NCBI GenBank assembly: GCA_038850285.1
Contig: JAWCMA010000013.1
Coordinates: forward strand, 1-35,234
DNA length: 35,234 nucleotides
Origin: Methanocellales archaeon
GTDB lineage: Archaea > Halobacteriota > JAWCLZ01
Direction: 5' to 3'
The translations under genes were made by a program, and so were the position numbers. This document shows, piece by piece, positions 27,911 through 35,234 of this stretch. The stretch's first letter is position 1; every line of letters starts with the position of its first letter. The notes beneath the pieces are model-generated. The model worked only from the letters and a program-made list of their open reading frames with translations, was not told the DNA's origin and searched no databases.

Positions 27911-29239
27911 TTAGCTCAATCGCTTCTCAATTTCAGCAGTGGCTTTTTCAGCTGTATCCCTCTCCCAGAGATATCTAACTTTTATATTATTTAACAGCTT
28001 TCGCAGTGCAGCTAGTTTTTGCTGGATTTTTTCATCATATCTTCCCTTTTCCAAGGTTTTTATTTCCACTATTTCCTCAGGTGCTTTAATTTCCACCTTT
28101 TCTATTTCCATTGGTTTCTCCTCTAGCTTTATTGCCCTCGATACTGCTTCTTCGCGTTTTTTACCTAGAATTATATCAATAGCATTTTGCCACTCTTCTT
28201 TCCAAGGTAGCTCTGGAACTGGAGTGGTATTTGCCTTGCTGCGCTTCACTGCTATCACTTGATAGGGACATGCATTGGAGCAAGCGTGGCAGTAAATGCA
28301 GAGTTTATCCTCCACATCTATCTTTCCATTCTTAGGGATGAACCAAGCTTTGGAGGGGCATATGTTGAAGCAAGCGTGGCAGCCAATTGGATCGCATTTA
28401 GGCAAGTTTCTCTCCACAAGTTTTATATCGCCTTCGAATGGTTTAATCAAGTCCATGGCATCATATGGGCAGACTAATTTGCACCAGCCTGCGCGAGTGC
28501 ACTTTTGCTGGTCAACCTCGATTGTTCCAAATTTCTTAGGTATCTCCACTATTGCTTCTCTACCTTCTATGAGTTCCACTTCAATTGCCTTCTCAGGGCA
28601 TAGTGCAACGCACATTCGGCAGTAATCGCAGAGGTTTTCATCCACAGCCAAGCTTTCAAATGGCAGAGGTGAATCTGGCTTGAATTCCTTTTCAATTAAG
28701 ATAAAAGCACTGCACATCTCAGTGCAAACTCCACAGAGGGTGCATTTTTTAAGATCTACCTTAATCGATCCCTTTGCACCTTCTTTTTTAAGCGGCGCTA
28801 TTTCGGCTTTCTTAGGCACATTAATTTTAACCTTGATAGCTTGATTGGGACATACTTTTTCACAGAGTTTGCAGGGGAGGCATTTTTCATTTGGCTCGGT
28901 TTTTAAAATCAGCTGGGGATATTTGTTTTCCATTAAAATATCCCTGCCATCTATGGCCATTTTTGTAGCTCTAACTGGGCAGAATACTGCGCACATTCCA
29001 CAGAAAGTGCATTTGCTTAAATCCATTAACACCGCAGGGGCATCTAAACCAGTTGCTATCTCCTTCACTGGGCCGAGAGATAGTGCTTTAGTTGGGCAGA
29101 TTTCCACGCATATTCCACAGCCATTGCAGAGTTTGTAGTCATACTCAAGTTTTTTAACCGTTTTTTTCTTCTCAGTAACTGCTTCTTGAATGTAGATAAA
29201 CTTGGGATACTGGAAATCTTGAGAAGCTGTGACCTCCAT
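27911..29239 (-). CDS. Polyferredoxin (FwdF/FmdF-like) with eight ferredoxin-type motifs
   Basis: CNGCGICVEICP, CTFCGMCAVFCP, CLPCKLCEKVCP, CTLCGVCTEMC, CDYCRMCVALCP, CTRAGWCKLVCP, CDPIGCHACFNICP, CIYCHACSNACP. ATG at 29239. Confidence 0.9.
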   Translation of the reverse strand: MEVTASQDFQYPKFIYIQEAVTEKKKTVKKLEYDYKLCNGCGICVEICPTKALSLGPVKEIATGLDAPAVLMDLSKCTFCGMCAVFCPVRATKMAIDGRDILMENKYPQLILKTEPNEKCLPCKLCEKVCPNQAIKVKINVPKKAEIAPLKKEGAKGSIKVDLKKCTLCGVCTEMCSAFILIEKEFKPDSPLPFESLAVDENLCDYCRMCVALCPEKAIEVELIEGREAIVEIPKKFGTIEVDQQKCTRAGWCKLVCPYDAMDLIKPFEGDIKLVERNLPKCDPIGCHACFNICPSKAWFIPKNGKIDVEDKLCIYCHACSNACPYQVIAVKRSKANTTPVPELPWKEEWQNAIDIILGKKREEAVSRAIKLEEKPMEIEKVEIKAPEEIVEIKTLEKGRYDEKIQQKLAALRKLLNNIKVRYLWERDTAEKATAEIEKRLS

Positions 29240-29240
29240 A

Positions 29241-31613
29241 TTATGCCATCTCCACGCCAACTGGGCCTAGTTTTTTCAGCTCTTCACTGAATTGCTCAAC
29301 CACTCTTGCAACTTTCTCCCCCTCGCTTGCTGCTATCCATTCAACCTTGACTCTGCGATCATCTATTCCAATTTCCTTCAAAATCCGCTTGAGCACTTCC
29401 ATCCTGCGCTTAGCAGCGTAGTTTCCAATGAGATAGTGGCACTCCCCCAGTCGGCATCCAGCCACCAAAACTCCATCTGCACCTTCATTTAAAGCATCTA
29501 ATATGAACTTGGGATTAATTCTCCCAGTGCACATTACTCTTAAAATGCGGATATTCGTGGGATATTGAATTCTACTTACCCCTGCGAGATCCGCACCTGC
29601 ATATGAGCACCAGTTGCAGAATATACCCAGTATCAATGGAAATTCAGTTTTAACTTCAAGCAAGGCTTTAATTTGAGCCTCAATCTGCTCATCTGTGAAC
29701 TGCCCCATTTCTATCGCCTCCGCTGGGCAGGCTGCGCTGCATACTCCACAGTTCACGCAGGCTAGCTCGTTTACCCTTGCCTTTCTACTCTGTACTTCCA
29801 CTGCTTTAAATGTGCATACATTTTCACAGAGCTTGCAGCCAGTGCATTTATCCTCGAGGACATGCGCATAATAGGGCTCGAGTTCAATTTCCCCTTCAGC
29901 AAGCAATCTAAGTGCTCTCGAGGCTGCAGCGCCGCCTTGTGCAATTGAAACTTGAATCTCTTTGGGTCCAGATGCACAGCCAGCTATGAATATTCCCTCG
30001 GTATGCGCGTCCACAGGGCGCATCTTTGGATGGGCAATTTGAAGAAAGCGATCTGGTCTCTCCGGTAAATTCAAAATTTGAGCCAGCTTCTTGGTATTTA
30101 CGTTTGGCTCTAGACCAATTGATAATATTGCCATTTCAAATTCTTTTTCTCCATATTCGCAGAGCAAGGTATCTTCATATCTTAGAATTAAATTGCCATT
30201 TTCAATTTGCACTATCTCGCTTACTCTTCCCCTTATGAATTCTATGCCAAGCTTTCTAGCTCGAAGATAGTATTCCTCATAGCCTTCTCCACTTGCTCTG
30301 ATATCTGTGTAGTAGATTACTACTTCAGCATCGTGATATTTCTCTTTTATTATAATTGCATTTTTTATCGCTGACATGCAGCAAACCCGCGAGCAATATG
30401 GATTTCCAATGGCTTCATCTCTGGAGCCAATGCAGAGTAGAAAAGCAATTTTCTTGGGAATTCTACCATCTGAAATTCTCCTCAACTCTCCAAATGTCGG
30501 GCCTGAGGCATTTAAGATCCTTTCAACTTCAAGAGTGGTGATAACATTGAGATATCTCCCATAGCCATATTCCTTTTTCCTCTTAGCATCGAATGGCTGA
30601 AAGCCAGTGGCAACTATGATTGCACCAAAATTGAGTTCATATTCCTCTGGCTTTTGCTCGTAATCAATTGCTTCAACACCGCAGGCTTCTTGGCATAATC
30701 CACAGCCCACGCAGTGCTTGGCATCTATGCTTGCTTTATAGGGAATTGCCTGGGGATATGGTATATATATTGCCTTGCGGTTGCTCAAGCCAAGGGTATA
30801 TTCATTTGGCACTTCAATTGGGCAAACCTTGGTGCAATCCTCGATGCAGCCTCTGCATTTTGCTTCATCTACATAGCGCGGGTATTTTTTAATTTTAACA
30901 CTGAAGTTACCCACCACTCCTTTTGCTTCCACTACCTCAGCATTGGTTAATAGCCTTATATTCTTGTGATTCGCAACATCAACCATTTTGGGGGCTAAAA
31001 CGCAGATTGAACAATCATTGGTTGGAAATACTTCATTCAGCATTGCCATGTAGCCACCTATCGTCGGGCTTCGCTCAACTAGTGTTACCTTGATGCCTGC
31101 ATCTGCGAGGTCAAGAGCAGCTTGAATGCCTGCTACACCTCCTCCTATTACTAATACATCTCTATTCACCGGTACCTTTTTCTTCTGCAGAGGTTTCAGT
31201 AAACGTGCTTTTGCCACAGCTGCTCTAACCAAGTCTTTTGATTTCTGAGTAGCTCGAGATCTTTTACCCAGATGCACCCAAGAGCATTGCTCTCTTATAT
31301 TGGCTATTTCAAGTAGAAATTCATTCAAGCCCGCGCTTTCCACTGCTCTTCGAAAGGTTTTTTCATGCAGCCTAGGCGAGCAAGCTGCCACTACTACGCG
31401 GTCGAGTTTTTGCTCCTTGATATCTCTTTTAATCTCCTCTTGACCTTGGTCCGAGCAAGCATAGTGCAAATCCTTTGCCACTGCAACGCTATCTAAAGTA
31501 GAAGCATAGTTTTTAACATCCACTACATCTACTGTGCCAGCGATATTGAGACCGCAGTGACATACATATACGCCTATCCGCATATCATTAAAATTAAAAT
31601 CCTTATTCTGCAT
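29241..31613 (-). CDS. hdrA: Heterodisulfide reductase subunit A fused to MvhD (HdrA2-type)
   Basis: RIGVYVCHCG, ACSP, NIREQC, GGGVAG, TNDCSIC, YCSRVCC, GCASGPK; C-terminal MvhD FCNWCSYAGAD...RVMCTGR...GCRLGECHY. Confidence 0.96.
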   Translation of the reverse strand: MQNKDFNFNDMRIGVYVCHCGLNIAGTVDVVDVKNYASTLDSVAVAKDLHYACSDQGQEEIKRDIKEQKLDRVVVAACSPRLHEKTFRRAVESAGLNEFLLEIANIREQCSWVHLGKRSRATQKSKDLVRAAVAKARLLKPLQKKKVPVNRDVLVIGGGVAGIQAALDLADAGIKVTLVERSPTIGGYMAMLNEVFPTNDCSICVLAPKMVDVANHKNIRLLTNAEVVEAKGVVGNFSVKIKKYPRYVDEAKCRGCIEDCTKVCPIEVPNEYTLGLSNRKAIYIPYPQAIPYKASIDAKHCVGCGLCQEACGVEAIDYEQKPEEYELNFGAIIVATGFQPFDAKRKKEYGYGRYLNVITTLEVERILNASGPTFGELRRISDGRIPKKIAFLLCIGSRDEAIGNPYCSRVCCMSAIKNAIIIKEKYHDAEVVIYYTDIRASGEGYEEYYLRARKLGIEFIRGRVSEIVQIENGNLILRYEDTLLCEYGEKEFEMAILSIGLEPNVNTKKLAQILNLPERPDRFLQIAHPKMRPVDAHTEGIFIAGCASGPKEIQVSIAQGGAAASRALRLLAEGEIELEPYYAHVLEDKCTGCKLCENVCTFKAVEVQSRKARVNELACVNCGVCSAACPAEAIEMGQFTDEQIEAQIKALLEVKTEFPLILGIFCNWCSYAGADLAGVSRIQYPTNIRILRVMCTGRINPKFILDALNEGADGVLVAGCRLGECHYLIGNYAAKRRMEVLKRILKEIGIDDRRVKVEWIAASEGEKVARVVEQFSEELKKLGPVGVEMA

Positions 31614-31651
31614 ATAATTTGTGTTTTTGAGCCTTGCGGCTTCAGATAAGC

Positions 31652-31725
31652 AAATAATTTACATAAAATTATTTTTTTCTCATCATAATGATGATTAAAA
31701 TAACAATTTTTATATAGTATATAAA
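31652..31725. promoter_or_regulatory. Three palindromes in the hdrA upstream region, including back-to-back TATA boxes
   Basis: AAATAATTT-N5-AAATTATTT (31652-31674), TCATCAT-A-ATGATGA (31680-31694), TTTATATA-G-TATATAAA (31709-31725). Confidence 0.55.
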
Positions 31726-31840
31726 GTAAGAAATATGTTTAATCAAGGGGGCATTGTATTGGAACTTGCTAAATCAAGTTTTATGCACGTTTTTCTCCTT
31801 CTATTCTTCTATATGATCATAAACCACTAGGTGGATGTGA

Positions 31841-31996
31841 ATGCAAATTGAAGCAGACAAACTCAAGAAATTAGAAACCATCACAAAGCAAGCATATGAA
31901 AGAATTGAAGCTAAGCATACCATTCGCTTAGAGCTTGAAATATTGAAATCTCAGAGCTCGAATAAGCTATTTATCAATAACATTCGAGGCCCCTAG
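31841..31996 (+). CDS. Putative 51-aa small protein
   Basis: MQIEADKLKKLETITKQAYERIEAKHTIRLELEILKSQSSNKLFINNIRGP; SD-like AGGTGG upstream; E/K-rich, helix-like. Confidence 0.5.
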   Translation: MQIEADKLKKLETITKQAYERIEAKHTIRLELEILKSQSSNKLFINNIRGP

Positions 31997-32065
31997 CTAA
32001 GCGAGTTTCCAAGCCATCAAGCTATTACAAATTTTTAAATCATTTTGGTGCATGTATTTTATAGC

Positions 32066-32227
32066 ATGGGCGAAGTAGCTGGAATATGCAGTTTCTGTAG
32101 AAATGTTGGCTCCTTATACACCTGCGATTTATGTGGAGCTGCAGTTTGCAAAATATGCTATGTTTGGCAGCGAAGAATGTGCAAGCGCTGCGCGCGCGAG
32201 TTCGGAGTCGGCGAGCGAAGGTTTTGA
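32066..32227 (+). CDS. 53-aa zinc-finger microprotein with four CxxC motifs
   Basis: MGEVAGICSFC...TCDLC...VCKIC...MCKRC; its stop is 4 nt before the ogg ATG. Confidence 0.75.
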   Translation: MGEVAGICSFCRNVGSLYTCDLCGAAVCKICYVWQRRMCKRCAREFGVGERRF

Positions 32228-32231
32228 TTTC

Positions 32232-33065
32232 ATGAAGAGAGTATTTTATCTTGAGAATTTCAATTTAAATCACACCCTCAACTGTGGGCAGGTTTTTCGC
32301 TGGAGATTCAACGGCAAAGAATGGATCGGTATTGTTGAGAACTCAACTGTAAAAGCTAAGCAGAGAAATGATATGCTAGCTGTGGAAGCTGATCTCAATA
32401 GCGAGGTTATCTCGAATTACTTCCGCTTGGACGACGACCTTGAGGAGATCTATAGCTGCATAGCTAGAGATAGAGCTATGAAAAGAGCAATTGAATTATA
32501 CCGAGGCCTTCGCCTTATTCGCCAAGATCCCTGGGAATGCTTGATTTCCTATATATGCTCCGCTGCGAGTAATATTCCAAGGATTCAAAATGTGATTGAG
32601 AATCTCTGCAGAAACTTTGGCGTTAAAATTGCTTCAAGATATTATGGCTTTCCAAATCCCGAGAGGCTTTCAAAAGCAACCGAGTTGGAGCTGAGAAAAT
32701 GTGGACTTGGATTTCGCTCAGCTTCAGTGCTTGAGGCAGCTAGACTAGTTGTGAATGAAGAAATTGATTTAAATCGATTGCGAAAATTAGATTACTCCGC
32801 CGCTAAGCAGAAGTTGAAAGCAATTAAAGGCGTGGGAGATAAAATCGCGGATTGCGTTTTGCTTTTTTCCTGCAACAAGCTTGAGGCTTTTCCAGTGGAT
32901 AGACACGTAAAAAGATATATGCAGCAGGTTTATTTCAAGAAACCAACATCAAATGAGGCAATAAGAGGTTTTGCTCGCAATTATTTCGGGGAGTACTGTG
33001 GATATGCTCAGCAATATATCTATACCTATCAGCGCGAGAGAGGGCAAGAGGATGAAGTGCGATAA
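32232..33065 (+). CDS. ogg: 8-oxoguanine DNA glycosylase/AP lyase (OGG1-type)
   Basis: TLNCGQVFRW, GLRLIRQDPWECLISYICS, NIPRI, HhH KGVGDKIADCVLLF, FPVDRH, GYAQQY. ATG at 32232. Confidence 0.92.
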   Translation: MKRVFYLENFNLNHTLNCGQVFRWRFNGKEWIGIVENSTVKAKQRNDMLAVEADLNSEVISNYFRLDDDLEEIYSCIARDRAMKRAIELYRGLRLIRQDPWECLISYICSAASNIPRIQNVIENLCRNFGVKIASRYYGFPNPERLSKATELELRKCGLGFRSASVLEAARLVVNEEIDLNRLRKLDYSAAKQKLKAIKGVGDKIADCVLLFSCNKLEAFPVDRHVKRYMQQVYFKKPTSNEAIRGFARNYFGEYCGYAQQYIYTYQRERGQEDEVR

Positions 33066-33972
33066 ATGCAGCTCTCGAGCAATAATTTTCCAGAAATATT
33101 CAGGCATGCATTTATGCAAGGATCACTTCTGCGAAGATGTGGAGAGAAAGGTTAAGCGGCGGATGCGCTTGGGGAAAATGGTGATGAAACACGACCATGT
33201 TTTAATCGGGCTGAGCGGCGGGAAAGATAGCGTGGTATTGCTACATCTTCTTAAATCCATTTTTGAAGATCGCCCTGATTTAAAATTCACAGCTTTAACC
33301 ATCGATGAAGGTATAGCTAGCTATAGACCCAAAACTCTAGAAATTGCAAAGCAAGTCACTCAAGAACTCGGTATTGAGCATGAGATATTAAGCTTTAAAG
33401 AGGAATTTGGAGTTACTCTTGATGAAATAATGGAAGAAAAGGAAGAAAAGCGAGATGTAGCAGCTTGCACTTACTGCGGGGTTTTCCGAAAGGTTTTGCT
33501 CAATAAATATGCGAATCAAATCCACGCAACTAAAGTTGCCACTGGCCATAATTTAGATGATGAAGCTCAAGCTGTATTAATGAATTATCTCAAGGGAGAT
33601 ATTGAGAGGCTTGCTAGACTTAGACCTGCGAAGATTCAACCGAATCTTGTGCCTAGAATTAAGCCACTGCAAGATGTACCTGAAAAGGAAGTGGCTCTTT
33701 ATGCGATTGTAAAGGGAATGAGGATAAGTCTAGAGGAGTGTCCTTATGCACAGCTATCATTTCGCGCTGAGATTCGCGATATATTGAATGAATTCGAGGT
33801 GAAGCATCCAGGCACTAAATATGGAGTAATGGCTGGTTTTGAGAAGATTCAGCCAGCTTTAAAAAATTTATATAAGCAAATAGAGCTTTTTTCCTGCGAG
33901 AATTGCGGCGAGCCCACGACTAATAAGCTCTGTCGAGCTTGTAAATACTTGAAGCAAGTCCTAAATAAATAA
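33052..33972 (+). CDS. ncsA: tRNA 2-thiolation protein NcsA/TtuA family
   Basis: N-terminal CDKC..CKDH, PP-loop SGGKDS, CTYC, GHNLDD, ECPY, C-terminal CENC..CRAC. ATG at 33052. Confidence 0.9.
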   Translation: MKCDKCSSRAIIFQKYSGMHLCKDHFCEDVERKVKRRMRLGKMVMKHDHVLIGLSGGKDSVVLLHLLKSIFEDRPDLKFTALTIDEGIASYRPKTLEIAKQVTQELGIEHEILSFKEEFGVTLDEIMEEKEEKRDVAACTYCGVFRKVLLNKYANQIHATKVATGHNLDDEAQAVLMNYLKGDIERLARLRPAKIQPNLVPRIKPLQDVPEKEVALYAIVKGMRISLEECPYAQLSFRAEIRDILNEFEVKHPGTKYGVMAGFEKIQPALKNLYKQIELFSCENCGEPTTNKLCRACKYLKQVLNK

Positions 33973-34005
33973 TAAAATAATAATAAATAAAAATAAAAAA
34001 TAAAA
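33963..34005. repeat. Degenerate (A2-6T)n tract between the convergent ncsA and ftsZ stops; oligo-T terminator-like on the - strand
   Basis: aaataaataataaaataataataaataaaaataaaaaataaaa. Confidence 0.7.
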
Positions 34006-34010
34006 TTCAA

Positions 34011-35123
34011 TTATCGAATTATGTCGATAATTGAATCTACACCTTTCTTCTCCTCTCTTCTCGAGGTTGAGCTGCTGAATGAAGGAACCCTTCTACTCTC
34101 GCTCTTGCCTAGAATTTGAGCAGATTGAATGCCTGTCATTATCGCCATAACGCGCACTTTACCCTCATAATCCTTTCTAACTCTCGCTCCCCAGATTACA
34201 TTTGCATGTGGATCAAGCTCATAAGTCAAAGCCTCCGCGATTTCATCTGCTTCCTTCAAAGTCATATCAGGGCCACCTGTGATATGCACCAGTGCACCTG
34301 TAGCACCTCTGTAGTCCACGTCCAGCAATGGATGATTCAAAGCAGCTCTAACCACATTCTCCGCCTTATCCTGACTCTTAGTCTCGCCAACCAACATTAC
34401 CGCTACTCCACCGCAGTTCATAATGGCGCGAACATCTGCATAATCAAGATTAATAAGCGAGGGCTGAGTTATAGTTTCAGAGATCCCCTTCACGGTTTCC
34501 GCTATAAGCTGATCCATAACTGAGAAAGCTTGCTCTATGGGCAAGTTAGGCACGTATTCCAGCAAGCGATTGTTATCAAGCACAATCACAGAATCCGCTG
34601 CTTGCCTGAGTTCTTCAATTCCCTCCTCTGCTTTAATCAACCTCGCTCGCTCAACTCTAAATGGCGAAGAAACCATGCCCACAACAATAGCGCCTTGCTC
34701 CTTAGCTATCTGCGCTACAACTGGCGCTGAACCAGTACCAGTTCCACCGCCCATGCCAGCGGTTACAAAAACTAGGTCAGCGTCCTTCAGCACTTCTTCA
34801 AGTGTGCCTCTCGCTAGTTCAGCCGCCTTTCTACCCACCTCTGGAAAACCACCTGCTCCAAGTCCTCGGGTTAGCGATTTGCCAATTAAAATCTTTTTAT
34901 CTGCTTGAACCATGTCCAAGTGCTGCTTATCAGTGTTTATTGCAATAGTTAGTGCTCCTTCAACGCCTATGTTGTACAGCCTGTTTATGGTATTATTCCC
35001 TGCACCTCCGCAGCCCACTATAGCTATCGAGGGCGTTCCAAATTCCTCGAAGTCTTCATCCTCAGATATTTTTTCCTTCTCAGCGTTATTAAATTTCAAA
35101 GCTTCTTGTACTATCGATTCCAT
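34011..35123 (-). CDS. ftsZ: Cell division protein FtsZ (FtsZ2 type)
   Basis: [49 protein letters not shown] at 35123 (MESIVQEAL). Confidence 0.96.
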   Translation of the reverse strand: MESIVQEALKFNNAEKEKISEDEDFEEFGTPSIAIVGCGGAGNNTINRLYNIGVEGALTIAINTDKQHLDMVQADKKILIGKSLTRGLGAGGFPEVGRKAAELARGTLEEVLKDADLVFVTAGMGGGTGTGSAPVVAQIAKEQGAIVVGMVSSPFRVERARLIKAEEGIEELRQAADSVIVLDNNRLLEYVPNLPIEQAFSVMDQLIAETVKGISETITQPSLINLDYADVRAIMNCGGVAVMLVGETKSQDKAENVVRAALNHPLLDVDYRGATGALVHITGGPDMTLKEADEIAEALTYELDPHANVIWGARVRKDYEGKVRVMAIMTGIQSAQILGKSESRRVPSFSSSTSRREEKKGVDSIIDIIR

Positions 35124-35234
35124 TTTCCATCCCCTCAATTTCTGCACAATCTTATTCTGCAATTCCAACTAGCTTCCAGCCGTCCCATTTGCCTTCTCTG
35201 GACGGAAGTTAAAGCTAATCGATCAATTTTATCC

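Noticed and set aside
29241-31613. Selenocysteine or pyrrolysine recoding in HdrA/MvhD or other genes
   Set aside because: All expected positions are Cys codons in an uninterrupted frame, and the TAG/TGA stops of recognised genes fall at normal protein ends.
31735-31830. 31-codon hydrophobic ORF (MFNQGGIVLELAKSSFMHVFLLLFFYMIINH)
   Set aside because: Its hydrophobicity follows from a T-rich intergenic tract, and there is no independent support.
35124-35234. Possible 3' end of a cdrS-like ribbon-helix-helix gene upstream of ftsZ2
   Set aside because: Expected from synteny in other Halobacteriota, but no diagnostic residues are visible within the window.

Overview
Core-genome segment of an anaerobic euryarchaeon, most likely Halobacteriota (Methanomicrobia/Methanosarcinia/Archaeoglobi-like; inferred from gene content, not a search). 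It carries about 40 CDSs, one tRNA and one pseudogene. No IS, integrase, CRISPR or rRNA was seen. Left to right: partial hypothetical gene; stand-alone ERCC4/XPF nuclease divergent from a family-4 UDG; a zincin-like hypothetical; fdhD-moeA(PBP)-moeA; a roadblock protein; a dapL-lysA-lipoprotein-cgi121 string; nitroreductase; ppaC; eno; an ECF Ni/Co transporter (M-N-O-Q); an ArsR regulator with a DUF4430/transcobalamin-like C-domain divergent from archaeal cobT; a frameshifted FGE-sulfatase pseudogene; a membrane hydrolase; an orphan arlC/arlD-like pair; the aIF2g-PIN-rpoE'-spt4-DPCK-rps24e-rps27ae-kae1 operon; tRNA-Ile2(CAU); an HDAC-fold protein; dtdA; ribose-1,5-bisphosphate isomerase; an hdrA-mvhD fusion/polyferredoxin/roadblock-like operon; two small ORFs; ogg; ncsA/ttuA; ftsZ2. 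The best leads are: (i) a candidate corrinoid-sensing protein regulator beside cobT and the metal transporter; (ii) a roadblock-like gene tightly coupled to the electron-bifurcating hdrA-mvhD/polyferredoxin operon; (iii) an apparent ACG start codon on a lipoprotein; (iv) a recurring pattern of tandem duplications anchored at stop codons, culminating in a 25-bp array; (v) a pyrimidine tract flanked by 12-bp direct repeats. All calls are by-eye motif recognition and no database searches were run, so novelty is unverified.
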